A stretch of 64,000 bases of DNA from Aulosira sp. ZfuVER01 (GTDB taxonomy: Bacteria > Cyanobacteriota > Cyanobacteriia > Cyanobacteriales > Nostocaceae), in the NCBI GenBank assembly GCA_034530615.2, contig JAVRCV020000015.1, positions 32,001 to 96,000 on the forward strand, written 5' to 3'. A program made the position numbers and the translations under genes. Position 1 is the first letter of the stretch. Each line of letters starts with the position of its first letter. Below the pieces are notes generated by a model. That model saw nothing but the letters and a program-made list of their open reading frames with translations, had not been told where the DNA came from and ran no database searches. Positions 1-10,168 of this stretch are shown here, one piece after another.

Positions 1-69
1 CCAGGTGTGAAGCATTGGCTAAATGAAGAATCAACTGCTAAAAGCATTGTCACAGGACTCACACGATGA
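1..69 (+). CDS. 3' end of an upstream ORF (…PGVKHWLNEESTAKSIVTGLTR*), truncated by the window edge
   Basis: Frame 1 is open from base 1 to TGA at 67-69; ATGA overlap with the next start suggests translational coupling. Confidence 0.55.
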   Translation, partial: PGVKHWLNEESTAKSIVTGLTR

Positions 70-578
70 ATATCAAACTGAACTGTCCTGTGTGCGGTTA
101 TCAAGAAGTTGCAGGTAAAACTTGCCCTAACTGCGATACCGACTTGTCTGTGATTCGGATGCTCCAAGAATTACCCTCTGTAGAAACCCTCGTACAACCA
201 GTAAAGGTTGCGACTTGGCCAATAGGGATTGCCTTGTTGATGCTAATGATTGGTGTCTGTTTGGGAGCCGGAAGCAGCTTTATCTTCCAACAAACACAGT
301 TACATACATTAACTGTCTCTGCTCCCCATCCAGTTGCAGCTACTAGCCTTCTTCCAAAACCACCAAATACTCCTGTGGTAGTGAAAAAACCCCCAAAACC
401 AACTACTTATACTGTCCAATCTGGAGATTATCTCAGTGCGATCGCAGAAAAATTTTGTGGTACAGGAACCTCTTGGGATGTGATGGTTAAAGCTAATCCC
501 CAACTCAAAGGAAGAGAGAATCATATAGATGTTGGGGAAGTGTTTAAAATTCCCAACTGCAAGGAGCAACCTGGATGA
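66..578 (+). CDS. Zn-ribbon + transmembrane + LysM domain protein
   Basis: CPVC…CPNC N-terminus, hydrophobic segment (~aa 52-74), Pro-rich linker, C-terminal YTVQSGDYLSAIA…NPQL…IDVGEVFKIP LysM motif. Confidence 0.85.
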   Translation: MNIKLNCPVCGYQEVAGKTCPNCDTDLSVIRMLQELPSVETLVQPVKVATWPIGIALLMLMIGVCLGAGSSFIFQQTQLHTLTVSAPHPVAATSLLPKPPNTPVVVKKPPKPTTYTVQSGDYLSAIAEKFCGTGTSWDVMVKANPQLKGRENHIDVGEVFKIPNCKEQPG

Positions 579-3307
579 GCATCCTTGATAGTTTCAACAC
601 TCTCAGTAAGATTTTGTTGGGTGTGGGGATAGTTGATGTCTACAAGCAAGCACCACAAACCAAAGAAGCCCAGCAAAAAGCCGAAAAATTAGCTCAAACC
701 AAGCATCTACGGGAAGCAGTCAACATTGCTGAAAAGGCTCTCGCTGTTTGGTATAAGAAACCAGGTTTTTGGGAACGTTTGATTCGTCAATTGTTATTGG
801 GTAATTTATTAGGCAACTTTACCCAGCAATTACACCAATGGCGCAGGCAAGTTTTAGAAGCAGACAAACTGGCTGTTAAAGCTAAAAACCTGCTCAAACA
901 GGATAATGGCGATCCTTTAGAAACCCAAGCAATTGTAAATGCGATCGCTCTTTATCAAAGCTGTACTCAAATTCTCCATGATGAGCGCATATCGCGAGCA
1001 ATTAACAAGTGTCAACGAGAACTACAAAGGCGGCAACAGTTTCAGATACTAGTAAAAAAAGCACAATCACACGCCGAAAATAGATTCTTTCAAAATGCGA
1101 TCGCAGTTTACCGTGAAGCCGAAGAACTATACTCTACTGAAGCTTTACAACAGGCGATTAACGCTGCTAAATCCCAAGTAGAAACAGAAAAAATCTATTA
1201 CGCTGCTTTCCAAAGAGCGCAACAAGCTCAAAATCAAGGAAAATTACAGAGAGCGATCGCAATTTTAGAAGCTGCTGTGGCTAATTTTCCGCGCTCAGAT
1301 GGACTCGAATTGCTCCAAGAAATACAACTCACAATCAAAGGTAGAGAACAGTTTCGTCAAGGGTTAGCAGCAGAGAAAGCGGGTAATTTTCCAGCATCTG
1401 TATCTTTGTATGAAAATGCTAAATTGCTCTTACCAAACCCAACAGACTGCCAAATCAGGTTAGGAATCGTTGCCATTAAGACTGAGAATTGGGCGATCGC
1501 ATTATCTCATCTCATGAGCTTACCTGGAGAACAAGCTGCTTATCTACGGGGATTTGCCTATGCTAAACAAGAGAATTTACAGCAAGCTCATCGAGAGTGG
1601 CAAGGTCTATCTACTACTGCTTTGATTACCGAACAACGGCAAATTCTTAATAGTCTTGCCCAACGAAAACGTCTTTTATTAATACAGAATATTGAACAAT
1701 TTGTCAATACTGAAAATCTAGATCGCGCTCAAAATGCGAGTCAAGAATTTATCCAAAAGTTCGGTTTAGATCCTTTAGTAGAGGCAAATCTTAAAGAACA
1801 TATTCAGCCATGTATAGCAGTCGAATTATGGCAAAGTGGAGATTGGAAGATTATTACTAATGAACTCGAAAGAATCTGGATTTCGCAGCCTAACATTACC
1901 ACATTACATAATTGGACAGTAGCGACTTATTACTGTTTCCAAAGTGATTTCTCTAACCTCTCTTATTTAATAATTTCCTTATCAACAGCACTAGCAAATT
2001 TAACTAAAGACCCAACCCTCAAAGATGTGCCTTGGTTAGGAAATCAACCGATTGATTTCACATCAATATCTTTAGAATTGAAACGTCGCTTAGAAGCTGC
2101 AATTGATACTTACAAAGATACCGATATTCAAAAATATTTGAATTTTCGAGATCAATATCGCTTGGAATTAGTCGCCCTAAAACTTATGGGTGAGCCGTCC
2201 CAGCAAGGTATGAAAGTAAATGATGTATTTATCACACCAGGCTGTTATCACCATTACATTTCTCTGTGGCGACACATCGTAGTTCATAGTATAGATTCTA
2301 GCCAGCAAATTCTCCGTTCCCTTTACACTTCTTGGGGATTAGCTGTAGCTGCTTGTTTAGAAGGAGATGCTCAAAGAGCAATTCAACTTAAACCTGCAAC
2401 CCAAACTACTAATACTATCGAAATATTTGCCCAAAAATTTGTTGCTTATCATGAAGGCTGCTATCATCTCAATCACAAAAAATGGCGCAATGCAATTACC
2501 TCACTCAAAGAAGCAAAGTCAGAAATTCAAGCTAATAAAGATTGGCAACAAGAAATAGACAGACTTTGTGGATTGCAGCGTCAAGCTATCTCAGAAATTC
2601 CTGAACATTTAGAATTTGCTCAATTTTGGTATGACATCTTAGCTAGTCAACCTGCTAGAAGTTATTTAGCTGAATACAAAGCCGAAAATATTCGCGAGCA
2701 AGTTGCTGATGAAAAGATTACCTTAGATAAAGCTTTAAAAGAACTCCAAGAAATCAAAAAAATTGATGCCCAAAATCCTATCGTACTTGACTTAATTCAA
2801 AGGATTGAATTCCAGCAAGAAATCGAAGCGATCGAGAAATTACTCAAGAGTAACAAATTTGAAGAAGCAGTCAAGCTTGCTAAAAAATCTCACAATCAAC
2901 GGATACGTAATGTTGTAGCCGATATTTGCCTAGATATATTAGCCAAAGGTTTTCAAAACCGGGATTTAGGCTTTGAAGATATTTACAATTTAGGAAAATG
3001 GGCTTACGAACTCTCTCCTGATGCGGAAAATGTTCAAGAAATTTATAAATTTAGTCAAGAACTAAAAGAAATACACGATTTGATGAAATGCGATCGCTTT
3101 GATGAAGCAATTCGTCGCGCCAAATATTCACAACACGAATCAATTCGCCACTATGTTGCGCAGTTCTTTATTATGACCTTAGTTAAAGGTCTTGAAGATA
3201 GAGATTTATCTTTTGAGCTAGTTCAACAATTAGGTCGCTGGGCTTACGAAATTTGTCCCGATGAACCTGCTTTTCAAACAATTTATCACAGCCTGAATAT
3301 TCATTGA
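575..3307 (+). CDS. Large TPR-like alpha-helical repeat protein
   Basis: 910-aa ORF with many A-x-x-x-Y/AI..L helical repeats and a duplicated C-terminal (F)DEA…LG.WAYE..PD unit; ATGA overlap with the upstream gene. Confidence 0.75.
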   Translation: MSILDSFNTLSKILLGVGIVDVYKQAPQTKEAQQKAEKLAQTKHLREAVNIAEKALAVWYKKPGFWERLIRQLLLGNLLGNFTQQLHQWRRQVLEADKLAVKAKNLLKQDNGDPLETQAIVNAIALYQSCTQILHDERISRAINKCQRELQRRQQFQILVKKAQSHAENRFFQNAIAVYREAEELYSTEALQQAINAAKSQVETEKIYYAAFQRAQQAQNQGKLQRAIAILEAAVANFPRSDGLELLQEIQLTIKGREQFRQGLAAEKAGNFPASVSLYENAKLLLPNPTDCQIRLGIVAIKTENWAIALSHLMSLPGEQAAYLRGFAYAKQENLQQAHREWQGLSTTALITEQRQILNSLAQRKRLLLIQNIEQFVNTENLDRAQNASQEFIQKFGLDPLVEANLKEHIQPCIAVELWQSGDWKIITNELERIWISQPNITTLHNWTVATYYCFQSDFSNLSYLIISLSTALANLTKDPTLKDVPWLGNQPIDFTSISLELKRRLEAAIDTYKDTDIQKYLNFRDQYRLELVALKLMGEPSQQGMKVNDVFITPGCYHHYISLWRHIVVHSIDSSQQILRSLYTSWGLAVAACLEGDAQRAIQLKPATQTTNTIEIFAQKFVAYHEGCYHLNHKKWRNAITSLKEAKSEIQANKDWQQEIDRLCGLQRQAISEIPEHLEFAQFWYDILASQPARSYLAEYKAENIREQVADEKITLDKALKELQEIKKIDAQNPIVLDLIQRIEFQQEIEAIEKLLKSNKFEEAVKLAKKSHNQRIRNVVADICLDILAKGFQNRDLGFEDIYNLGKWAYELSPDAENVQEIYKFSQELKEIHDLMKCDRFDEAIRRAKYSQHESIRHYVAQFFIMTLVKGLEDRDLSFELVQQLGRWAYEICPDEPAFQTIYHSLNIH

Positions 3308-3320
3308 TCAAAGGTGCATT

Positions 3321-3935
3321 ATGGAACATAATCCTTATGACATTTTAGGTATATCCCCAGCAGCATCTAAAGCTGAAATTACTAAAGCTGTAGCCACCGC
3401 AATGAAGCGTAAGCAATATCCCGTAGATATCATTGCTAAAGCCCAAAAAAGCTTAATGAAGCCAGAAGAACGCATCATAGCCGACTATTTGCGTCCGATA
3501 TTAGCCATTATTAAACGCTTCAAATATAGCGATCTATCGGCTTTGGAGCAACCAGTACCAGAACTCGTCTTACTACCAGAATTCGATCGATTAGAGCAAG
3601 CGATCGCTCAAGCTATCCAACAAGAGCGTGTAGAACGTGAGCCGTTAGCCATGAGCTTATCAGAATTAGTGACTGAAGGCATTACAGCTTGCAAAGAAGG
3701 TCGTTACCCCAAAGCCATCAAATATCTCGAAGATTACTGTCAAGGCTGTACAGACCGCAACACCAAAGATTACATTCAAGCCCAAATGTGGCTAATTCAA
3801 GCCTATCAGCTAGGTGGACAGTTACAAAGAGCGATCGCTCTTTGTCAGCTTTTAAGCAACCACACCCATCCTCAAGTACGAACTTGGGTAACGAAAACTT
3901 TATCTATGCTCTCTAAAGAGGTTTCTCATGTCTGA
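3321..3935 (+). CDS. J-domain-like protein lacking HPD, with C-terminal TPR
   Basis: NPYDILGISPAASKAEITKA resembles DnaJ helices I/II but no HPD motif follows; C-terminal TPR-like helices. Confidence 0.7.
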   Translation: MEHNPYDILGISPAASKAEITKAVATAMKRKQYPVDIIAKAQKSLMKPEERIIADYLRPILAIIKRFKYSDLSALEQPVPELVLLPEFDRLEQAIAQAIQQERVEREPLAMSLSELVTEGITACKEGRYPKAIKYLEDYCQGCTDRNTKDYIQAQMWLIQAYQLGGQLQRAIALCQLLSNHTHPQVRTWVTKTLSMLSKEVSHV

Positions 3936-4395
3936 TTCTATTCTGAGCCAAGAGAACCGCGACTTGCTCATCCGAGAATTTAGTAACCTCCAAAAACAAA
4001 ACGTTTCACTCCAACAGACCTTGCGAGAACAGCAAACCCAAACAGCAGCAGATACTGAAGATTTATTCTTGGAACTTTTGGAAGTTGCTGATGCATTAGA
4101 AACTTTGCTGGAATATTTAGAAAAAAATCCGGAACTCAACCAAGAATTTATCCAACGCTTACCCAGATCTGTAGGAGCAGTTCAGCGTAAGTTTCTCAGT
4201 ATACTAAGAAAACGCCAAGTTTTACCTATAGAACTACAAGATACTCAACCAGATTTCAACTTGTGTCGTGTAGTCGATCGAGAAGTCCGAACTGATATAG
4301 AAGACCAAACAATTACTAAAATCGTGCGTCAGGGGTTTCGTTTGAGAGAAAAGATTCTCCGCCCCACAGAGGTAATTACATCTAAATTAGATTAA
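3928..4395 (+). CDS. GrpE-like nucleotide exchange factor
   Basis: Coiled-coil N-terminus, LLEVADALE, C-terminal KIVRQGFRLREKILRPTEV motif typical of GrpE; overlaps the upstream gene by 8 nt. Confidence 0.8.
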   Translation: MSDSILSQENRDLLIREFSNLQKQNVSLQQTLREQQTQTAADTEDLFLELLEVADALETLLEYLEKNPELNQEFIQRLPRSVGAVQRKFLSILRKRQVLPIELQDTQPDFNLCRVVDREVRTDIEDQTITKIVRQGFRLREKILRPTEVITSKLD

Positions 4396-4591
4396 CTAGC
4401 GATCGCTTAATTTTTCATGACAATATCAAACACTTGCTAAATCATCCAAAACTTCCCTAGGAAACTTTTCTCAATTTTATCGGGTTGAAATAATCGCTTA
4501 TAAACAAGCGATCGCTGAACTAATTATTGACCATTCTTGGCTTAAAAAATAACAGCCTTCACTCAAGAGCCTTCTAGTATTTGTCATCCAG

Positions 4592-4654
4592 CATAACCTT
4601 CTAATATCCGAAAATTAAGTTGATATTAACTCTTCCTTTATACAAAATTAATAT
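4592..4654 (+). promoter_or_regulatory. Putative Pho box (SphR/PhoB site) upstream of phoD
   Basis: Octamers CATAACCT (4592), ATTAAGTT (4614), ATTAACTC (4625), CTTTATAC (4636), ATTAATAT (4647) lie in 11-bp phase and resemble the cyanobacterial PyTTAAPyPy(T/A) repeat. Confidence 0.5.
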
Positions 4655-4835
4655 CTTCTGAGTATTTTTTGGGCATCAAAGCAATCAGTGACACATTTTA
4701 GTTAAAAGAAATCTGGTCGTAAAAACCTGATTTAGAAAGGGTCTTCTTCATAGGTTTTACCTATAATTACTCTATTTTTTGGTGTCATATATTTCTCTGC
4801 TTTGATTCACCCATATAGTCAGGGATAAAGAAAGG

Positions 4836-6431
4836 ATGTTCAATTACGAGAATTTTGAGCGGTTGCTGCACTATCCTATCAAGCGACGCAACCTCATCAT
4901 TGGGGCAGGAGCATTTACTGGTTTAGCGATCGCTAGCCAATTTTCTCATCAACGCGCGATCGCCACAGGCAGATTTTCTGACTATCCTTTTAAGCTGGGT
5001 GTGGCGTCAGGCGATCCTTATGACACCAGTGTAGTTATATGGACTCGTCTAGCACCCGAACCTCTAAATGGAGGTGGTATGCCACCTGTGAATGTGCCAA
5101 TTCGCTGGGAAGTAGCAACCGACCCCAAAATGAAGCGGATTTTGTCCAGAGGTACAGAACTGGCAACACCAGAACTAGCTCATTCAGTTCGGGTTGTAGT
5201 TGAAGGACTCTCACCTGATACATGGTATTGGTATCGGTTTATTGTCGGCAATGAAGCTAGCCCAATTGGCCGGACTCGTACTACTCCAGCATTAGGTAGC
5301 TACTCCAATAAATTGAAATTTGCACTAGCAAACTGCCAGAACTATCAGCAGGGATACTATACTGCCTACAAATACATGGCTCAGGATGATCTGGACTTGG
5401 TAGTCCATGTTGGTGATTACATCTATGAGGGAGGAATCAGTCCTATCAGTGCTACTATTCCCAGACAGCATAATAGTTCAGAAATTTTCACATTAGAAGA
5501 TTACCGCAACCGTCACGCCCTCTACAAAAGTGATGTGAATCTCCAAGCTGCTCATGCAGCCTTTCCTTGGATTCTTACCTGGGATGACCATGAGGTAGAA
5601 AATAACTATGCCAACTTCATCTCAGAAGTAGATAATGAACCCGATCAAGATCCAGCAGTTTTTCTCAAACGGCGAGCAATTGCTTATCAGGTTTACTACG
5701 AACATATGCCATTGCGTCCCTTCTCGCGACCAGTAGGCCCTGATATGCAACTTTACCGTCGATTGAACTACGGTAATCTGGCGACATTTCATGTCTTAGA
5801 TACCCGTCAATACCGTACCGATCAACCCTGTGGCGATGGTACTAAAGAGCGTTGCCCAGCAAATCTTGACCCACAAGCAACTATTACTGGCAAAGCTCAA
5901 GAGGATTGGTTATACGACGGTTTAGATAAATCAGCTGCTAAATGGAATGTTCTGGCTCAACAGGTGATAGTTGCTCAAATCGACAGAACAGCAGGACAAG
6001 GCACTACTTACAGTATGGATAAGTGGGATGGGTATGTGGCTTCCCGCGATCGCCTGATGCGTTTCTTGGAACAGCGCAAACCATCTAATCCTGTAGTTTT
6101 AACAGGTGATGTCCATAATAATTGGGCAATGGATTTAAAAGCTAACTTTAACGATCCAAACTCCGCTACAGTTGGCAGTGAATTCGTTGGTACTTCAATT
6201 AGCTCTGGTGGAGATGGATCGGACACTATCCCCAGCTATATTAACAGCACCGATAACCCACACATTAAGTTCTATAACAATCGTCGCGGCTATCTCCGTT
6301 GTTCTGTCACTCCCACCACCTGGAGGACAGACTATTTGGTAGTATCAAACGTCACAACTCCAGATGGTACGATTAGTAACCCGGCCTCATTCGTAGTTGA
6401 AAACGGTCGTCCGGGAGTACAACGCATCTAA
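4836..6431 (+). CDS. phoD: Alkaline phosphatase D family protein, Tat-exported
   Basis: KRRNLI twin-Arg signal, GVASGDP, HVGDYIYE, WDDHEVENN, LDTRQYR, DKWDGY and LTGDVH motifs. Confidence 0.95.
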   Translation: MFNYENFERLLHYPIKRRNLIIGAGAFTGLAIASQFSHQRAIATGRFSDYPFKLGVASGDPYDTSVVIWTRLAPEPLNGGGMPPVNVPIRWEVATDPKMKRILSRGTELATPELAHSVRVVVEGLSPDTWYWYRFIVGNEASPIGRTRTTPALGSYSNKLKFALANCQNYQQGYYTAYKYMAQDDLDLVVHVGDYIYEGGISPISATIPRQHNSSEIFTLEDYRNRHALYKSDVNLQAAHAAFPWILTWDDHEVENNYANFISEVDNEPDQDPAVFLKRRAIAYQVYYEHMPLRPFSRPVGPDMQLYRRLNYGNLATFHVLDTRQYRTDQPCGDGTKERCPANLDPQATITGKAQEDWLYDGLDKSAAKWNVLAQQVIVAQIDRTAGQGTTYSMDKWDGYVASRDRLMRFLEQRKPSNPVVLTGDVHNNWAMDLKANFNDPNSATVGSEFVGTSISSGGDGSDTIPSYINSTDNPHIKFYNNRRGYLRCSVTPTTWRTDYLVVSNVTTPDGTISNPASFVVENGRPGVQRI

Positions 6432-6446
6432 GCAACTGCTTGGATT

Positions 6447-6488
6447 TTGGATTGTAGAGACTTTCTATGCAATGTTTCTGCAATCCAA
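6447..6488. repeat. REP-like inverted repeat / possible terminator after phoD
   Basis: TTGGATTGTAGAGAC…GTTTCTGCAATCCAA imperfect stem. Confidence 0.5.
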
Positions 6489-6542
6489 TAGGTTGCTGTG
6501 AGTATATCAAATTCAAATATAGTAACCAACTAAGTATTTCTG

Positions 6543-6726
6543 CAACACTTACCCAGATCGGTAGCAGCAGTTCATTGTAAGTTTCTGATTATACTAACTA
6601 ATTACAAAATTAATATTAGGTAGTGGCATCAAAATCAAGAAATATTAACAGGCGATCGCTTAATCTTTCGTTACAATCTTGAGGCGATCGCTGCTTAATT
6701 GTTTACAATTCTTGACTTAAAAAATA
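6543..6726 (+). pseudogene. Degenerate copy of the grpE-like 3' region and its downstream DNA
   Basis: 6543-6597 resembles 4153-4207; 6645-6678 resembles 4393-4427; 6683-6726 resembles 4507-4550. Confidence 0.6.
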
Positions 6727-7032
6727 GTTTTTTAGAATATATATTTTTTTTAGGTCTATTTTAGATTTCAGCTTCTATCCAGAGATTTATTTACAATACT
6801 TTACTTGTTTACCTCCTGGTTAAGTTTATTGTATTTTGATTTAACCAGGCTCAATCGGCTGTTAGTCTTGTAATTAAGTTGAGCATTGTTTGAATGTATT
6901 TATATATGATTTGCAAATGCTTGATAAAGCTTTATTTAAGTGAAGAATCATCCTTAAGTTTATAGCATCGAATTTACTAAGTATTTAGATTCATAGAACT
7001 ACACAAATTCAACAAGTTACACTAGCAACCCG

Positions 7033-7356
7033 ATGATGAATCATTACGCTATCGAATGGATTGAGGCATGGTGCCTAGAAAATGGCTGGACAGATTTATT
7101 TGTCGAACGGCGCAATAATTACTGGGCTTTTCCTCCAGGCGGTGTAATGCCTGAACCAATTCCGTCTCATGTGCTGAGATTGATTAAAGCTGAAAATGGA
7201 CTAACTGTTGAAGAAAGATTCTGGTCTACATCAGCAATAATTGGCACAATTGTAGCTGTCTTATCTACGGTTTTCTTTAAGTGCCCTATGCCATTAGTTA
7301 TAGCTTTTGCTTTTAATGCGATTACAGTGGCACAATTTGAACTTGAAGATGCCTAA
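7033..7356 (+). CDS. Hypothetical membrane protein of cyanobacterial type
   Basis: 107-aa ORF, W-rich N-terminus (WC.ENGWTDLF…YWAFPPG.VMP.PIP), two C-terminal hydrophobic segments, followed by a terminator. Confidence 0.75.
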   Translation: MMNHYAIEWIEAWCLENGWTDLFVERRNNYWAFPPGGVMPEPIPSHVLRLIKAENGLTVEERFWSTSAIIGTIVAVLSTVFFKCPMPLVIAFAFNAITVAQFELEDA

Positions 7357-7396
7357 ATTTTTACCTTGGGTATCACTAATCATCAACCATAATAAT

Positions 7397-7438
7397 TTAA
7401 AACAGCTCTTGCCGATATTTTGGCAAGAGCTGTTTTAA
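7397..7438 (+). terminator. Rho-independent terminator
   Basis: Perfect 17-bp stem TTAAAACAGCTCTTGCC / GGCAAGAGCTGTTTTAA. Confidence 0.8.
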
Positions 7439-7634
7439 TGAATTCGTAATTGATAATTAGTTAAACTACTTTTTGTTATCTATATACAGTTTATTTGGCA
7501 GAAGCGTTTGATAGCAATTGCACTTTAAAATAGACAGTCAGTAAACAGAAGTCAGGCGATCGTATCTTGCTCACTGGCAAGTAAGGTTTTCAACTTGGCG
7601 ATCGCTTCCCAATTCCAAAATCCCGCCAACAGCA

Positions 7635-7721
7635 ATCGCCGATACATTTGAGACCAATCGAAAAACCTGTCCAATCTGAGTACAATTTGATTAGACACAG
7701 GCAAGCGTGACCTTCCATGAC
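7635..7721 (+). repeat. 87-bp exact direct repeat (second copy at 10526-10612)
   Basis: Base-by-base identity of atcgccgatacatttgag…ccttccatgac. Confidence 0.9.
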
Positions 7722-7794
7722 TCCAGCCACAGATATTCGTAGAAGAGCGATCGCACTCATTGACCAGTTATCTCCAGAGCAGCGATCAACCTGA
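7717..7794 (+). pseudogene. Truncated 25-aa copy of the 10608 ORF (MTPATDIRRRAIALIDQLSPEQRST*)
   Basis: Near-identical N-terminus to MTTATDIRRRAIALIEQLSPE. Confidence 0.75.
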
Positions 7795-7854
7795 AAAAAC
7801 AGAATCACAAGCAGGCAACAAAAAAGCGATCGCTCTCAATAACTGATGAAAAAA

Positions 7855-7884
7855 GCGATCGCCTACGGTACGCTGCGCGAACGC
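7855..7884. mobile_element. Small dispersed repeat (SDR5-like) inside a HIP1 site
   Basis: GCGAT|CGCCTACGGTACGCTGCGCGAA|CGC; a similar HIP1-interrupting element sits at 8080-8114. Confidence 0.5.
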
Positions 7885-8477
7885 CTCCTAACAGATAAAA
7901 AAGTGCGATCGCCTTTCAGCATATCTGAAGAAAGAGCGATCGCACTTTAACAAAGACAATCAGTAACTAGAAGTCAGGCGATCGCGTCTTGCTCACTAGC
8001 TGGTAAGGTTTTCAACAGATGTGATCGCACTCTCTGCTATCGGCGGAACGGGTGTTGATTAGATTATGCTACAGGACGAGCGATGTCTGGCGACAAGAAG
8101 CAGAGCTTCTATGCACTGGAGGGGTAATTGAATTGCAAGGCGATGCAACTCAATTGCAGGGCGATGCAGTAGATTTTTTGCCCCTGCTGCACGCGATCGC
8201 CCTACTTCCAAAAATAGTTGAGCGCATTCTGCCTTTACCAGTATTGTTAAATACTTGAGGCGATCGCCCAGGACGAGAAATGATGCGCTTGATGGCGATC
8301 GCTTGACTGCAAAAGATGGCGAATGAAGGGGTGATCGCACTTAAGACAGACAGCTAGTAAACAGAAGTCAGGCGATTGCTCATGAATAGTTTGATTGCAA
8401 GTGCTGGCTGAAGCACTGATTGGCATTTTAAACAACAAGCATGGCATTGATATGAGAAAAAAAGAATCACTTCATTA

Positions 8478-9905
8478 TTACGAAAGAAGACCATTTAGAT
8501 CCTTCACTAATAGTGCTTTATCAGTTATTGCTGTTATGTCTCCATTCCCACCACGACAACATACAAAGTGTATATTTCCACTAATGCTCTGTAAGAGTTG
8601 AGACAAAGTTATTGAGAACGTTGAGTCTAGCCTTGTCCATTTCCCCGTACTTAGATCCATTATGAGACAGGGTATTTGATCGTCTCCCTGCAAGTAATAG
8701 TCCTGGGGGTTAGCCTTACCAATAGTACACTGCTGCTCGCTAATAGCTTGAACACCAGCCTCTTGAAGCATTTTCAAGATACTTTCTAAATTTAAACAAT
8801 CCCGCTTAATCATTGTCGCTATCGTTATTCCTGTGTTTACATCCAACAAAGTATTTTGCTTAGCCCAGAAAGTTAATATTGTCCCTCTGGGAGAATCAAT
8901 GGAGGAAAACTCTTTTGGCGTACCATGTCCCAGATACAACCAGTTTCCTTGTTTTGTTGCGCCTACTTTCGATTGCATCAAGGCTTTTAGCTGTATCTCA
9001 ACGCCTACAAATCGTTTTTCTAAAGTTTGTGTTGTTCTGGTCAACGCCTCAATCTGTTGCCTTAACACACCAGCATTTACTAAACGGCTTTCAACACGAT
9101 TTGTAAGTGCGGTTATCTTAGCCTGTTGAAGTGATTCAATTTTCTTCTGAAGAGCGTCAAGTTGCGATGTATAATAATCAAAGTTATTTTGCAATTTTTT
9201 GAGCTGATCTAAATCTTCCGTGTCATCTATCTTCTGAGCTAAAGTGTCCATTTTTTTTCGCCACGCCACTTTTAGATCTTCATAAGCCTCCAAATCTTCA
9301 AACTTACTATAAGTAGAGGCTTATTTTGCTGAATACCTAACAGCGTAGATGTAGAAATCCTGTGTAATGATTTCATTTTGGAAAAAAGATTGAGACTGAT
9401 AGCCACATTCAAGGATGCCCACAAAAAGAGTTAAACCTGGAGCAAGTGGTTCACTTTTTATTTCCCTTTTGGCTGTCACTTCTGTGCTTGCCATAAAAGA
9501 CTGAAGGATGCCAGAAATCACATCAAAAGCTTTTGCTGCAATATATTCGTCAAGTTTAGCAATTGCGGTGAATGCAGGTGCAATATCTTCAGACTTTTTG
9601 TCTGCAACTTTAGCTCCAGGAGGGGGAGGAGCAGTACCAAAAATAGCATCTTTAACTGCTCCAATAATTTTAGTAACATTATCAAGTGACCAATCCTTAA
9701 CATGTTGAACATCTACATTTTCACCATCAAGGAAAGGTTTTGCATCGTCCCAGCCACCACTAGAGTAATGTTTAGAAATAGTTTCGTTGACTTGATTCCG
9801 AACATCCGCTGCCTTTTTATTGATGTCATCTAGCAACTCGTCTAGATATTGTCGAAATTTGCGGTCTTGATCACGTAGCTCGTCGATAGAGGGAGAGTGT
9901 CCCAT
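8478..9905 (-). pseudogene. Single ~475-codon gene split by an in-frame TAA (9321-9323); N-terminal unknown domain, coiled coil, C-terminal GHG…C (Stv/cysteine-protease-like) domain
   Basis: ORFs 9321-9905 and 8478-9293 are in the same frame: …YAVRYSAK*ASTYSKFEDLEAYEDLK…; the second ORF has only a TTG start. Confidence 0.7.
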
Positions 9906-10168
9906 AAAAAGCTCCTAGATAGAAGTTGAAATCTAACATAGTTTAATCTTGTCTGTGTAATCTAGTCTCGACAACCGAAAATGACGAACTTAGTAACTAA
10001 TTTAAAGACTTCTTATCTTCAAGCTTCTAAATTGAGGAAAGTCATGATTCCAAACATTACATTACAAGGCTTGACATCATGTGCCATTTCCTCCTTAAAT
10101 TCGGTTGGTAAAACTTAATTTCAGCATTTACAGTCATAAAGCGTTAAATCAATTACCAACAATTAGAT

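Larger units (their letters stand above)
7520..8377. repeat. HIP1-dense repeat mosaic: three copies of …AGACA(G/A)TCAGTAA…GAAGTCAGGCGAT
   Basis: Copies at ~7520-7594, ~7942-8016 and ~8337-8377; about ten GCGATCGC sites in ~800 bp. Confidence 0.75.

Noticed and set aside
7520..8377. CRISPR array or integron attC array
   Set aside because: Only three degenerate copies at ~400-bp spacing, no uniform spacers, and no cas or integrase gene in the window
7590..8601. Short ORFs (66-93 aa) in the repeat mosaic
   Set aside because: They overlap HIP1/SDR repeats, have weak starts and show no recognisable motifs
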